Shown: piece by piece, positions 22,601 through 32,950 of the stretch
How the letters are laid out: each line of letters opens with the position of its first letter
How positions within the stretch are numbered: the stretch's first letter is position 1
NCBI GenBank assembly: GCA_964035575.1
Contig: OZ037835.1
Coordinates: forward strand, 1,860,001 to 1,924,000
DNA from: Rhynchopus sp. YZ270_cl-10
Taxonomy: Eukaryota
Direction: 5' to 3'
DNA length: 64,000 nucleotides
Position numbers and translations under genes: made by a program
The notes under the pieces: generated by a model
Told to the model about the DNA's origin: nothing
What the model saw: the letters and a program-made list of their open reading frames with translations, nothing else
Database searches by the model: none

Positions 22601-23780
22601 TCTTCACCGCACCGTTGCACCAGCGTCGCTTCTTCTTCCTTGCCTTGCCTCTGGGGATGTGCCTCCTCGCGATGTTCTTCACCATCCCTGCCCACTTGGC
22701 TGCTGCGGTGCTGATCGAGCCCCACTTCATTGCGTCTGGCGAACTGCGCTCCATCTCCTTGGTGAAGCCTGCCCAGTTCGCCTTCTTCCAGTTCCACAGC
22801 TCTTTTTTGAGTTTCACCTCAGGATGTGTTGGAGGTGTTTGGGCGTTCGCTTGCACTTCAAACTCTATCGGCAGGTGGTCGGAGTTGAGCGTTTCCCGTG
22901 TTTGCCAATTGGGGTCGGCCCAGTCTCTGTCTGCGAAGACCACATCTGGTGACGTTTTGGTACCGCGCTGGATCCGCGTTGCTTCCTTCTTGTTCCAGCA
23001 TCGCATGTTGTTCCCCAACGCCCAGTCGTGTAGGTCAGTTCCCGTTTGGTTGGGAATTTTCGCCTGACTCCACGCCTGGTGATGTGCGTTGATGTCCCCT
23101 GCGATCACGCAGCCCTCTCCCGTTGGCAGATCCTGTGTTGCGAAGTCATCCTCTCTCTGGTCCCCCTTCTGTAGACCCACCCCGCTCGGCCGGTACACAT
23201 TCGTGAAGAGCACGCCCTCCACAATCACATCCAGCCTCTCTGTGGTCTCCCACGCTTCGAAGGGTTGTTCTGTCGCACGCAAGTTCTTCTTCACCAGTGT
23301 CGCAATCCCTCCCCCATGCGTCTCGCTGATGTCTTTTTTTCGAGCTACCGTTCGCACCCGCAGGAAAGTCCTGTACCCGTCAAAGTTCAGCTTGCCCGTT
23401 TGCGCCGCCATGAGTTCTTGGAGGTGTACTACATCGTACTTCTCCTTCTCCAGGACCTGCTTCAGCTCCCCTTTCTTCGGGCCCGTCAGCCCCCCCGCAT
23501 TCCAACTCATGCAGCGAAGGGTTCTTGGTTTTGGTCCTTGCTCTGGTTCTGGCTCTGGTCCTGGCTCAGGCTCGATGCCGTCCTCTAGCAGTTGGTTGCT
23601 CTTGATGGTGGAGGAGGTCTTGTCGAGTGTGGGGTCTGTGTTCGGTCGACCTGAGTGGTGTTGATGAGTCATCCTTGGGTGTGCGTGGGTCTTCCACTTG
23701 TACGGAAGCAAAAAAGGCAGTAGCAGCAGCAGCACACTATCCAGCATTAACCACACCAACAGCAACACCAGACACAACAG
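19686..23780 (-). CDS. Element A ORF2: APE endonuclease - reverse transcriptase - RNase H - C-terminal Cys/His knuckle (start undefined; in frame with ORF1)
   Basis: APE: SWNAGG, LQE, AGDINAHH, SDHLPI. RT: KSPGADG, YRPIALTS, QTGFR, LDLDKAYD, GVPQGTVLSP, FADD, YLGV. RNase H: YTDGS, AELVAI, TDSQSAL, PSHVGVSGNEEAD. Knuckle: CNNC...H...C. Confidence 0.95.
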   Translation of the reverse strand: MLCLVLLLVWLMLDSVLLLLLPFLLPYKWKTHAHPRMTHQHHSGRPNTDPTLDKTSSTIKSNQLLEDGIEPEPGPEPEPEQGPKPRTLRCMSWNAGGLTGPKKGELKQVLEKEKYDVVHLQELMAAQTGKLNFDGYRTFLRVRTVARKKDISETHGGGIATLVKKNLRATEQPFEAWETTERLDVIVEGVLFTNVYRPSGVGLQKGDQREDDFATQDLPTGEGCVIAGDINAHHQAWSQAKIPNQTGTDLHDWALGNNMRCWNKKEATRIQRGTKTSPDVVFADRDWADPNWQTRETLNSDHLPIEFEVQANAQTPPTHPEVKLKKELWNWKKANWAGFTKEMERSSPDAMKWGSISTAAAKWAGMVKNIARRHIPRGKARKKKRRWCNGAVKKAQKQRDRELRRQQKEETLTVADGDALTELRRQTANAIRKAKREVWEDKCTKAVATSGAFRLLRELDGRADKAQSYPIKVKKEGQQEKQQLSTNKEKADALGEHYCSVSDGTGLPDAEQQTTAGSQGAEAPLTLEELDAALNVLEAGKSPGADGIHNEMLMHLGPAAKKGLLHVMNLSWKQGQLPKEWKKAILFPIHKQGKPEEDLESYRPIALTSTVSKVMEHVLANRLLQLMEDPNEATQNLHPKQTGFRRFRSAVDNLAYITQLAKDSAAKKEVPIILTLDLDKAYDKVKRGKILERLHQHQVPERYIRWLTDYLKHRTARTTVEGTRSEEYVMREGVPQGTVLSPLLFNLVMTEVAEILEGTTAHFCIFADDLAIMCTERTLEEATAAIQKVLTLLEEHLPKLGFTISRRKTFVMPVTEKGDRADIRKAKCEVKYADGAVVNRAQTVRYLGVELDDALTMQPQLAAVKTKFLKKLSLIQLMAGRDWGCDAHMLRQVYMTYVLPTITYALAVWGPALNEAGLETLEVLHRRGARVITGCNYYTKAEDLLWEAHLRKIREHVEFDAAALYERARRQLETPAECAMHSSDTKLTWLRSAKDTVEQTKMYRHDQPAMSQTHYPVAPWRWKEVLPKVDIRPYVAGFKKGTQTDAEARSLTEQTTAELPPADLHVYTDGSVEGGRGHGGAGIVVYPGDSDKEIATANVGAGRMSISYTAELVAIREALPMVEELHRTDHKHNTVVILTDSQSALRALETGPVKATGLLCDVWSALHRATTKVRVIMQYIPSHVGVSGNEEADHEAKLGTATYQAERASQKGRLQEEPLTLLACKAAIRAVCSSYTPQPASELYSTITADTPKGVSRPKLSTPELTRRGAVQMRLLRTERHPALFDYMGSNDVARCNNCTAKSKATLKHMFKVCSATKALRTDLLPNKSLKFLLLEQPQLCLKYISAAKLTEASLPELVRSNTY

Positions 23781-25871
23781 TCAGTACCGCATGCTGCGGC
23801 GCTTCTCTTTCTCTTTCCTTGGCGAGGGGGAGGGCGTCGTCGCTAAGATCCGTCGTGTGTTCTTGGGGGTGGCACGGTCACGTTCGTCCCGCTCCGCTCT
23901 CTTCCCCCTGTTCAGCTGCTTGGGTGGCGTCAAGCCCATGCGGAGGCGGCGTTCTTCTGCGTGGAGGACGTCCCTCGCACGTTTCAGCTGGCGTTCCTCC
24001 TCCTGGCGCACCAGTGCTGCCGCTGTCGCGAGATCCATCTCCTCCTCTCGCTCTGTTTCCCGCTTTTTTTTTAAAAAAGCCTCGTAAGAGGCTTCGGCCT
24101 CTTGCAGCACTGCCTCCGTCGCCAGCCGTTTCGCTTCTGCTGAGGCGAATGCGTTCCTCCTCTTCTCCTCGGCCAACTCCTCCTGGCGTGTCTTCTTCAG
24201 GATTTCGTTATACTCCTGCCACTGTGCTTCTTCGCGTGCCTTCGCTTCTGCCCTCTCCGCCTCTGCAGTGTCGAATTCACGGCGGCGGTCCGTCTCTTCC
24301 TGCCGCCTCTGTGCCTGCAGCCGTTCTTCTGCTTCTTCTCTCTGTTCGCGTTGCTGTTGTTGTTGCCTCTGCTGTTGTTGCTGCCGCTGCTGCTGTTGCT
24401 GCCGCTGCTGCTGTTGTTGCCGCTGCTGCTGTTGTTGCTGCTGTTGCTTCCGCTCCTGCGTTTGCGTGGGTTCCTTCTTCGCCTTCGTCTCCTTCTTCGG
24501 CGGTGCCGTCACCTTCACCTCCTCATCGATTTGCATCTCGCCTTCTCCTTCTTCTTCTTCTTCTTCTTCTTCCGGTTCGGTGCGTCGCTGTTGTAGCTTT
24601 AGGTCGCGCATCTCCGTCATCAGCTGGTCCAGCTGGCTCGCCATGCGTTGCAGCGTCTGCTGCATCTCGTCCTTCTCTGCCCGCAGTGCACCTTCTCTCT
24701 CCTTCGACTCCAGGAGTTCCCGACGCATCTTCTCCACCTCGGCGTCCTGTGCGGGGTAGGGCTTGGGCACGTAGTCCTGCTGTGCCGCCCTTCCTTCCTC
24801 TTTTCCTTTTCCTTTTTTATTTGCGGCGTCAAACAGCCACCCTTCTTTGGTACGGTCGTACCGACGGAAGGTCAGCACGTCCTCCCCCACCACTACCGGC
24901 TTCAGCGTCCCCGGCGGTGCGCCCCGGACGAGAAGCACCCTGTGCGTGCCGTGCTTGCCGGTCCTCACCAACTCCGGCTCCCACGCGTGCTGCTCGCTCA
25001 GGATTGCCCGCACTCCGTTCTTCGACAGCGAGAGAGGCAGCCCGTCCACCACCCACATCTCTGCCCAGAGGTTCGTCTTCCCCTGCTCGCCCAACACCTT
25101 GCTGGCCTGCTCCTGTGTGGTGCCTTCCGGAACCGCGACGCCGAGTCCGCCCCGCGACAGCAGCACCACTCGCCCGCTCAGCTCGGTGGCCTGGTTCCGC
25201 GCCGTCTCCAGGTTCACTGTGCTCGGTAGCGGCGTCACCCGGTCGCCACCCCGTCCCGACCCGTTGGTGAAGAACGGCCTGGCGAAGAAGCCGTCATCGC
25301 CGCTTCCTGCCAGCACGTCCTTCACCTGCGCGCCGTCTACTCCAATCTTAAAAGCCGCCGTCTTTGCGGCTGGCTTCCCCTTCTTCGCCTTCAGCTCCAC
25401 GGCGGTCTGCACCTCGCCTCCGTGTGCCTTCACCCATGCACATGCTGCGGCACGGGTCACGCTGTTGCGGCTTTCCACCACAACGTATTTGGTTTGGGGC
25501 AATGCCCCCTGGTGCTGCTTTGCACCCGCCGTCTTGTGCACCGCCTGTACGGTGCTGACTGAGCACAGGAACCGGCGCTCCGTCCTCATCTCCTCCCCCC
25601 GCACCGTCACGAGGGAGATCAGTGGGGCCGCCAACCCCTGTGGTTTGTCGGCCGGGGCTACGAGTACCCCTGCCGTGTGCTGGTGCTGCGGCTTCTGCAG
25701 CGCTTCCTCCACTTCCTTACGGCTGCACCACAGGATGCCTCCGTTTTTCTTAAAATCAGCCAAGTTGGCTGCGAGTCGGCTGTCAGGAAAGTCCTCAGCC
25801 CGGGGTCTCCACATCGCCCCTGCCACCTCTTCGTCAGCCTTCTTCATCGTCTGCTGTCCAGAGGACCCCAT
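23781..25871 (-). CDS. Element A ORF1 (696 aa; globular N-half, coiled-coil/polyQ C-half)
   Basis: Long ORF directly upstream of ORF2 inside the TSD-bounded element; E/Q/R-rich C-terminal half. Confidence 0.85.
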   Translation of the reverse strand: MGSSGQQTMKKADEEVAGAMWRPRAEDFPDSRLAANLADFKKNGGILWCSRKEVEEALQKPQHQHTAGVLVAPADKPQGLAAPLISLVTVRGEEMRTERRFLCSVSTVQAVHKTAGAKQHQGALPQTKYVVVESRNSVTRAAACAWVKAHGGEVQTAVELKAKKGKPAAKTAAFKIGVDGAQVKDVLAGSGDDGFFARPFFTNGSGRGGDRVTPLPSTVNLETARNQATELSGRVVLLSRGGLGVAVPEGTTQEQASKVLGEQGKTNLWAEMWVVDGLPLSLSKNGVRAILSEQHAWEPELVRTGKHGTHRVLLVRGAPPGTLKPVVVGEDVLTFRRYDRTKEGWLFDAANKKGKGKEEGRAAQQDYVPKPYPAQDAEVEKMRRELLESKEREGALRAEKDEMQQTLQRMASQLDQLMTEMRDLKLQQRRTEPEEEEEEEEGEGEMQIDEEVKVTAPPKKETKAKKEPTQTQERKQQQQQQQQRQQQQQRQQQQQRQQQQQRQQQQQREQREEAEERLQAQRRQEETDRRREFDTAEAERAEAKAREEAQWQEYNEILKKTRQEELAEEKRRNAFASAEAKRLATEAVLQEAEASYEAFLKKKRETEREEEMDLATAAALVRQEEERQLKRARDVLHAEERRLRMGLTPPKQLNRGKRAERDERDRATPKNTRRILATTPSPSPRKEKEKRRSMRY

Positions 25872-26714
25872 CGTGGAGGGGGGTGGCTTTTTTGGGGGGA
25901 GGGGGGGAGCAGTTGGGATGTGCTCAGGGTTAATTCTTGATTCACTGTGTCCTCCTTATTCGTGGAATCGGATGTAAATAACAAAGTGTTTTTATGTGGG
26001 TGGTGTCAATCATGACGTCAATTCGCGTACACAAAAGTGTGCAGTGGCCAGAAGACAAGCTTGAATATATTATTTTCATCATGTTCTTAGGTGGCGGCTC
26101 TCCGATTCAGGCACCCCTACCGTAATAGGCACACCTTCACCGTGCCCGTCCCCAGGCCAAAGCCGAACGGGGTCCGCCATAGGGTCTTGAGAGCGCCGAC
26201 TTTGGGTACGTTAATCCCTTACCATACCTACTCATCGACGGAGCTGTGCGTTATGGGTAAGGAGTGCTCTTAGAGCCCACCTCGGGGTCGCTCATGTATC
26301 CCCCCCAAAGGTATTGTCCCACGGGCGGTCGCAGGGCTCTAGTTCATCCCCCCATACGTCCCCGGCACAAGGCCTTCGCGCGGTCAAAGGAATCCCATCA
26401 TACCCCCCCTACCTACTAGGAACATACCTCCACGACTGGATGCAGTTTTAGGTCATACCCAGGACCTGGGGGGGGTGTTTTTGTTTCATAAAAAGCTCCA
26501 ACAATTTTGTAGAATCTGCCAAAGGGAGTGGGGTTTCGTGTGTTTAGCATTTGAGTCGATGACAGACACCCCAGACTGTTTTTCCGCTTTCAGGTCGCAA
26601 CAGTGCAGGGAAGTGTCCCAAAACGATTTTCTGGGGGGTTTTGCGTGTAAATAGGGTCAGCACACTGGTGGGTCCGTGCTGTTTTTTCCACAGAACCGAC
26701 ATGTGGGACATGTC

Positions 26715-26818
26715 CCACCTGATTTTTGCGCGTATAGGGCCGTATATGTCCGTACAGGCATGTACGGACCGTCGGTACACGCCTTTACGCGCCAAAACGC
26801 GGGGTAAAAATCAGGTGG
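26715..26818. mobile_element. Short MITE, TIR CCACCTGATTTTT (same family as 59023-59130)
   Basis: ccacctgattttt...aaaaatcaggtgg; flanks ATGTC/ATATC form an imperfect 5-bp TSD. Confidence 0.7.
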
Positions 26819-27178
26819 ATATCTGCCAAACGACAAAAACACAAATGAATAAAAAATGTTGAAATCAAAAAGGAAGAACATAACAATGTGGTTTTCAACT
26901 GGGATAAGCTCCAAGTACCTACAAAGTGGCATTGACCCATTTCTAAAATGTGGTGCACGGGAGAGAAATGTGCAGAGATTTGTGTGCGAATGCAAAGGAA
27001 AACATGGTGCTTTGTGAACAGCTCTTAGCGGCCCTGTTCCAACGATGTAACAAAATGCCTAAAAAAATAAAGTACAAAACAAAAGCCCGTTGTTGTTTTT
27101 CTTTCACCATGTTCACCCACTACAGCCCCAACTCCCACAACCCCACCACACAACAGAGCAACACAGAAGGAAGACAAA

Positions 27179-28057
27179 ATGGAAGTAGTTATCAAGGACT
27201 GTGCAGACAACTCGTACATGATCGAGGTGGGTGTGGGTGACACAACGGAGACGATGCGGCAGAAGGTGGCGTCTGCAGTGGGGTTGGCTGAGGACAGCTT
27301 CCACATGGGCTTCGGAGGGAAGGACGAAGGAGACGACATCACGCAGCTGAGTGCTGGAGACGCAGTCGTGTTGACGAAAAGTAAGAAGTTCGTGGCCAGA
27401 GCAGCACTTCATGCGTTGGGTGAGGACATCACTGCAGAGAGGCTGGAGACTGTGGAGGATCCTGAGGTTGCGTGTTTGCTTCTGCAGGCGGAGGTTGCGA
27501 CTGTCATTCCGAACAATTTCTTGGCACAGACATCGTTAACAGCACTTGATCTGAGTGCTGTGTCCTGTGTGACGGAAATTGGTGATCAGTTTCTTCACCG
27601 GTGCACATCGTTGACGAGCATCGACCTGTCTGGGTTGACACGTCTCACGCGGATTGGTCTCTACTTTCTTGCCCACTGCAACAGCCTCACAGCAGTGGAC
27701 TTATCACCACTTTGCAACGTAACACAAATTGATGACCACTTTCTTGCCGGCTGCAGCAGCCTGAAAGTTGTGGACTTATCACCACTCAGAAATGTTACTG
27801 AAATCGGCACTAACTTTCTCGCAGGCTGCATCAGCCTCACAGAACTAGACCTGTCACCACTCAGCAGAGTTACGCACTTTGGTGAGCGCTTTGCTGTCAT
27901 CTGCACTTCGTTGAGGAGCATCCACCTTGGCGGCTGTAGCAGTGCTGTGTCCAGTCGAGTACGTGCAGGCAATCTGAAGAAGTATGTGGTTGACGCACCT
28001 CCGACACGTGTCAGAGGCAAGACGAAAGCAGCCTTGCTTCGCTGCAGTGTTTCGTAA
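27179..28057 (+). CDS. UBL-LRR protein copy 2 (292 aa; 2 variable LRRs; ends CSVS)
   Basis: Paralogue of copy 1. Confidence 0.88.
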   Translation: MEVVIKDCADNSYMIEVGVGDTTETMRQKVASAVGLAEDSFHMGFGGKDEGDDITQLSAGDAVVLTKSKKFVARAALHALGEDITAERLETVEDPEVACLLLQAEVATVIPNNFLAQTSLTALDLSAVSCVTEIGDQFLHRCTSLTSIDLSGLTRLTRIGLYFLAHCNSLTAVDLSPLCNVTQIDDHFLAGCSSLKVVDLSPLRNVTEIGTNFLAGCISLTELDLSPLSRVTHFGERFAVICTSLRSIHLGGCSSAVSSRVRAGNLKKYVVDAPPTRVRGKTKAALLRCSVS

Positions 28058-28259
28058 AGTTCCCACTCAGAAAACACAGTTGCTTTCTCGTTGTGTAACT
28101 CTGTCATACCAGCGAACCAAACACCGTGTGAAGCGATCTCGGAGTGCACGTGCGTTCGCTCAAGATACTCCACAGCTCGTCCTTCTCCAGTACACGTGTG
28201 ATCCATTTCGTGTCGGAACGACATCCACACTAATACAACGAGGCTCGATTATTGCGAAA

Positions 28260-29043
28260 CCATGGTGCACACAGACCACAGACAGGTCTACGGGCTGTAT
28301 GTAGTGACCAACCCCACAGCAAAGGGGTAACACGAGGTGCACGACGAAGTGAGTTGACTGTGGTTTTGCTGTGTCGTTGGCTTACAACGGTGAAAGCCAC
28401 AAAGTACAACCATGGTCATTTATTTGACTGTTGTGAGAGGGGTGGAGAGTGGGGTGGGGTGGGGTGGGGGCAAAAGGCGGGTTAAAAATGTTGGAAGCAA
28501 AAAGGAAGAACAAAACAAAGTAGTTTTCAACAGGGATAGGCTCCGAGTAACTAGACAATGGCATTGACCCATTTCTAAAATGTGGTGCATGGGTGAGAAA
28601 TGTGCAGAGCTTTGTGTGCGAAACGAAAGGAAAACATGGTGCTTAGGGAATCGCACCGACCCTGTTCCAACAATGTAACAAAAGTCCAAAAAGGTAAATT
28701 GGGACAGTGCCCGAGAGGGCTGTTGTATTTCAAGTCAACTTTTGTGGTCTTTCTTCCTGGTGTGGTTCAGTGGCCAGGTGGTGTCGTGTGTTGAGGAAAC
28801 CCGAGTGGTTCGCAAATAAGACCCCCGATCACCCCACACCCTTCTGCACATTTCCAACAAAAGCGATGAGTCCTTAGGAGCGTACCTCTTCTCGAAGTAC
28901 GCAACGACATGTTTTCCATCAAAAGGCCCCCCTACCTCCACCTGTTTTCACACACCTATCACCCTTCTCCTCGTTGTTCACCCACCACAGCCCCAACTCC
29001 CACAACCCCACCACACAACAGAGCAACACAGAAGGAAGACAAA
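28260..29043 (+). repeat. Near-exact duplicate of 16108-16891 (3' end of the 5-phosphatase gene plus LRR upstream region)
   Basis: Identical sequence at an offset of 12152 bp; the ORF-track peptides are also identical. Confidence 0.9.
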
Positions 29044-30009
29044 ATGGAAGTAGTTATCAAAGACTGTGCAGACAACTCGTACGTGATCGAGGTGGGTGTG
29101 GATGACACAACGGAGACGATGCGGCAGAAGGTGGCGTCTGCAGTGGGGTTGGCTGAGGACAGCTTCCACATGGGCTTCGGAGGGAAGGAGGAAGGAGACG
29201 ACATCACGCAGCTGAGTGCTGGAGACGCAGTCGTGTTGACGAAAAGTAAGAAGTTCGTGGCCAGAGCAGCACTTCATGCGTTGGGTGAGGACATCACTGC
29301 AGAGAGGCTGGTGACTGTGGAGGATCCTGAGGTGGCGTGTTTGCTTCTGCAGGCAGAGGTTGCGACTGTCATTCCGAACAATTTCTTGTCACAGACATCG
29401 TTAACAGCACTTGATCTGAGTGCTGTGTCCTGTGTGACGGAAATAGGTGAGCAGTTTCTTCACCGGTGCACATCGTTGACAAGCATCGACCTGTCTGGGT
29501 TGACACGTCTCACGCGGATTGGTACCCACTTTCTTGCTCGATGCAGCAGCCTCACAGCAGTAGAGTTGTCAGCACTTCTCAATGTTACTCATATCGGGAC
29601 AAGCTTTCTTTTAAGCTGCTGGAGCCTCACAGCAGTGGACTTATCGCCACTTCGCAATGTTACACAGATTGGTACAGGCTTTCTTATCAACTGCTCCGGT
29701 CTCACAGCAGTCGACTTATCACCACTCCGCAATGTCACCAAAATAGGTGCAAACTTACTTTCTGACTGCAAAAGCCTCACAGAACTAGACCTGTCGCCAC
29801 TCAGCAGAGTTGCGCACTTTGGTGAGCTACCTGCTAACAGCTACACTTCGTTGAGGAGCATCCACCTTGCCGGCTGCAGCAGTGCTGTGTCCAGTCGAGT
29901 ATGTGTAGGCGAGCTGAAGCAGTATGTAGTTGATGCACCTCCACCTCCACCTCCGACACGTGGCAGAGACAAGACGAAAGCAGCCTTGCCTTGCTGCAGT
30001 GTTTCGTAA
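29044..30009 (+). CDS. UBL-LRR protein copy 3 (321 aa; 3 variable LRRs; ends CCSVS)
   Basis: Paralogue; start assigned by homology (ATGGAAGTAGTT). Confidence 0.88.
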   Translation: MEVVIKDCADNSYVIEVGVDDTTETMRQKVASAVGLAEDSFHMGFGGKEEGDDITQLSAGDAVVLTKSKKFVARAALHALGEDITAERLVTVEDPEVACLLLQAEVATVIPNNFLSQTSLTALDLSAVSCVTEIGEQFLHRCTSLTSIDLSGLTRLTRIGTHFLARCSSLTAVELSALLNVTHIGTSFLLSCWSLTAVDLSPLRNVTQIGTGFLINCSGLTAVDLSPLRNVTKIGANLLSDCKSLTELDLSPLSRVAHFGELPANSYTSLRSIHLAGCSSAVSSRVCVGELKQYVVDAPPPPPPTRGRDKTKAALPCCSVS

Positions 30010-30929
30010 AGAGCGACAGGAGAAGCTAGGCAAGGAACGTAGAGCAGCTCCGCTGTGACGGCTGTAACCTCATCAAAGCTTCTAAACAAAGTGTGACATG
30101 GAGGGGTAGCGTTCAACATAGCAATGTCAACCGCATCATTCCGATTCCCGCGATTGTTGCCCTTTTTCTGAATCAATAACACACATAGCGCATGCACGTT
30201 TAGATTAGTTCATAAGGGTTTGGAATACAATGAAGCCGCGCTCCTCGTTTCCTTTTTATGTTTATGATTACATGCAATGCTGAGGGCACGGTAATTTATG
30301 TTCTTGGTAAGCGTCAGACCACTTCTCAAAAAAAAGTACGCACGCACGCAAAAATAAATTATGCCGTAAAATAATAAAACATACATTCTCGAACTTTTCT
30401 ACTGACGTGATTTTCATTGGACGCATCCCCTTCTCCAATTCAATTCAATAAAACTGTAGCTTTCTCCCTCAGAATTCGTGAAACAACTCGCGCCAAGGCT
30501 GCTGAGTCGGATGACAAAGAGTGAGGGCGAAGCACCACACGTATAAATAATTAGCCCAAGTACTGCGCTAGTATGCTGTATGCAAGTCGTAAGCTAAACA
30601 GTAAAAACAAAGGTGTGTAGGTTAGTTGCCAACAGTACGTCCCTCGACGGTACTGTGCGTAAAACCGGCCCAAGGGTACTATGACGCATACATATAAGCG
30701 TAACATGCGACGAGCGCTAGGCCCAACGTGCATAACCAGTAACAAACAGAGGGACGCATCTGCGTGCTTACTTTCTTTCTTTCTTTGGAATCTCAAAAAA
30801 AAAGGATACAACCTACATACAAAGGAAGCGGCTTTGGTGAGGTGTTGTTTTTCTTTCACCATGTTCACCCACTACAGCCCCAACTCCCACAACCCCACCA
30901 CACACAGAGCAACACAAAAGGAAGACAAA

Positions 30930-31958
30930 ATGGAAGTAGTTATCAAGGACTGTGCAGACAACTCGTACATGATTGAGGTGGGTGTGGATGACACAACGGA
31001 GACGATGCGGCAGAAGGTGGCGTCTGCAGTGGGGTTGGCTGAGGACAGCTTCCACATGGGCTTCGGAGGGAAGGAGGAAGGAGACGACATCACGCAGCTG
31101 AGTGCTGGAGACGCAATCGTGTTGACGAAAACTCAGAAGTTCGTGGCCAGAGCAGCACTTCATGCGTTGGGTGAGAGGGACATCACTGCAGAGAGGCTGG
31201 TGACTGTGGAGGATCCTGAGGTGGCGTGTTTGCTTCTGCAGGCGGAGGTTGCGACTGTCATTCCGAATGAGTTTTTGTCACAGACATCGTTAACAGCACT
31301 TGATCTGAGTGCTGTGTCCTGTGTGACGGAAATTGGTCATGAGTTTCTTCACCGGTGCACATCGTTGACGAGCATCGACCTGTCTGGGTTGATACGTCTC
31401 ACGCGGATTGGTAGCAGATTTCTTCACAGCTGCACCAGCCTCACAGCAGTGGACTTATCGCTACTTCGCAATGTTACACACATTGCTACACACTTTCTTG
31501 CCTACTGCACCAGCCTCACAGCAGTAGATTTGTCACCACTTCGCAATGTTACTCAAATTGATAACCGGTTTCTTTACAACTGCACCAGCCTCACAGCAGT
31601 GGACTTATTACCACTCAGCAATGTTACTCAAATTGGAACATGGTTTCTATCCGACTGCAGAAGCCTCACAGCAGTAGACTTATTGTCAATCAGCAATGTT
31701 GCTCGAATTGGCACGAGCTTTCTCTCCGACTGCAAAAGCCTCACAGAACTAGACCTGTCGCCACTCAGCAGAGTTACGCACTTTGGTGAGCTTCCTGCTA
31801 ACAGCTGCACTTCGTTGAGGAGCATCCACCTTGCCGGCTGCAGCAGTGCTGTGTCCAGTCGAGTACGTGAATGCGAGCTGAAGGAGTATGTGGTTGACGC
31901 ACGTCCTCGCTGCAGTGTTTCGCAAAGAGCCACATCAGAAGCTACGGAAGGAACGTAG
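30930..31958 (+). CDS. UBL-LRR protein copy 4 (342 aa; 4 variable LRRs; stop TAA>CAA extends past CSVS)
   Basis: Paralogue; reads gtttcgcaa where most copies read gtttcgtaa. Confidence 0.88.
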   Translation: MEVVIKDCADNSYMIEVGVDDTTETMRQKVASAVGLAEDSFHMGFGGKEEGDDITQLSAGDAIVLTKTQKFVARAALHALGERDITAERLVTVEDPEVACLLLQAEVATVIPNEFLSQTSLTALDLSAVSCVTEIGHEFLHRCTSLTSIDLSGLIRLTRIGSRFLHSCTSLTAVDLSLLRNVTHIATHFLAYCTSLTAVDLSPLRNVTQIDNRFLYNCTSLTAVDLLPLSNVTQIGTWFLSDCRSLTAVDLLSISNVARIGTSFLSDCKSLTELDLSPLSRVTHFGELPANSCTSLRSIHLAGCSSAVSSRVRECELKEYVVDARPRCSVSQRATSEATEGT

Positions 31959-32866
31959 AGCAGCTCCGCTGTGACAGCTGCTTCACTCAGCTGCACAACT
32001 CACTGAGGTGTGCCTTCGAATATCGCCGCCCCTTTGGTCCCCATCTCGACGGCAGCGGCCTCACCCACGCATTCTCTTTCAGGATGCACGACAAAATAGA
32101 TTGACGATGCTTTTGCTGTGGGGTGGATGCGTACAACTAACAAACTCACCCCCTGTTTCGTTCCCCGTTTTCCTGTGTGGGTGAAGATAGCTATTGACAC
32201 CGTAGTACTTGCCGTTGTGAGAGGGGTGGGGTGGAGAGGTGGGGTGGGGGCAAAAGGCATGTTTTTGTTTCATAAAAAGCTCCAACAATTTTGTAGAATC
32301 TGCCAAAGGGAGTGGGGTTTCGTGTGTTTAGCATTTGAGTCGATGACAGACACCCCAGACTGTTTTCCCGCTTTCAGGTCACAAAAGTGCCGGGAGGTGC
32401 CCACAATAACCCCCAAGACGACTTTCTGCGGGTTTTTGCGGGTGAAAAGGTGCAGCACACAAGTGGTCCTGTGCTGTGTTTTTTCACAGAAACGAAATGT
32501 GTGGCGTGTCCACGCAACGACATGTTTTCCATCAAAAGGCCCCCCTACCTCCACCTGTTTTCATACCCCTATCACCCTTCCCCTCGTTGTTCACCCACCA
32601 CAGCTCCAACTCCCACAACCCCACCACACAACAGAGCAACACAAAAGGAAGACAAAATGGAAGTAGTTATCAAAGACTGTGCAGACAACTCGTATGCGAT
32701 CGAGGTGGGTGTGGATGACACAACGGAGACGATGCGGCAGAAGGTGGCGTCTGCAGTGGGGTTGGCTGAGGACAGCTTCCACATGGGCTTCGGAGGGAAG
32801 GAGGAAGGAGACGACATCACGCAGCTGAGTGCTGGAGACGCAATCATTCTGACGAAAGCTAAGAAG

Positions 32867-32950
32867 GAGGGTGAGAGACGACGCGCCTCCACGGGGTACC
32901 CTCGGGAGACGCCCCCCTCCTCTATGGGGGGAGGCGTCTGCTAAAGCGCG
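32867..32950 (+). ncRNA. Candidate HDV-like self-cleaving ribozyme at the 5' terminus of element B
   Basis: P1 GAGGGU(G)/(U)ACCCUC, P3 GCC/GGU, L3 UCCACGG, P1.1 GG, 14-position P4 (32907-32939, one mismatch), J4/2 GCUAA, short P2 CGC/GCG. Begins at the first base after the TSD. Confidence 0.6.

Larger units (their letters stand above)
18304..26475 (-). mobile_element. Non-LTR retrotransposon A (Ingi/I-group-like) plus ~1.4 kb of 3' sequence; 7-bp TSD TGTTTTT
   Basis: The empty site aaggcatgtttttgtttcata is seen in a paralogous unit at ~32254-32274. TSDs at 18297-18303 and 26476-26482. Minus-strand poly(A) extends to 18322. Two long ORFs. Confidence 0.88.

Noticed and set aside
23627..25977. 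547-aa and 376-aa plus-strand ORFs
   Set aside because: Antisense shadows of element A ORF1.
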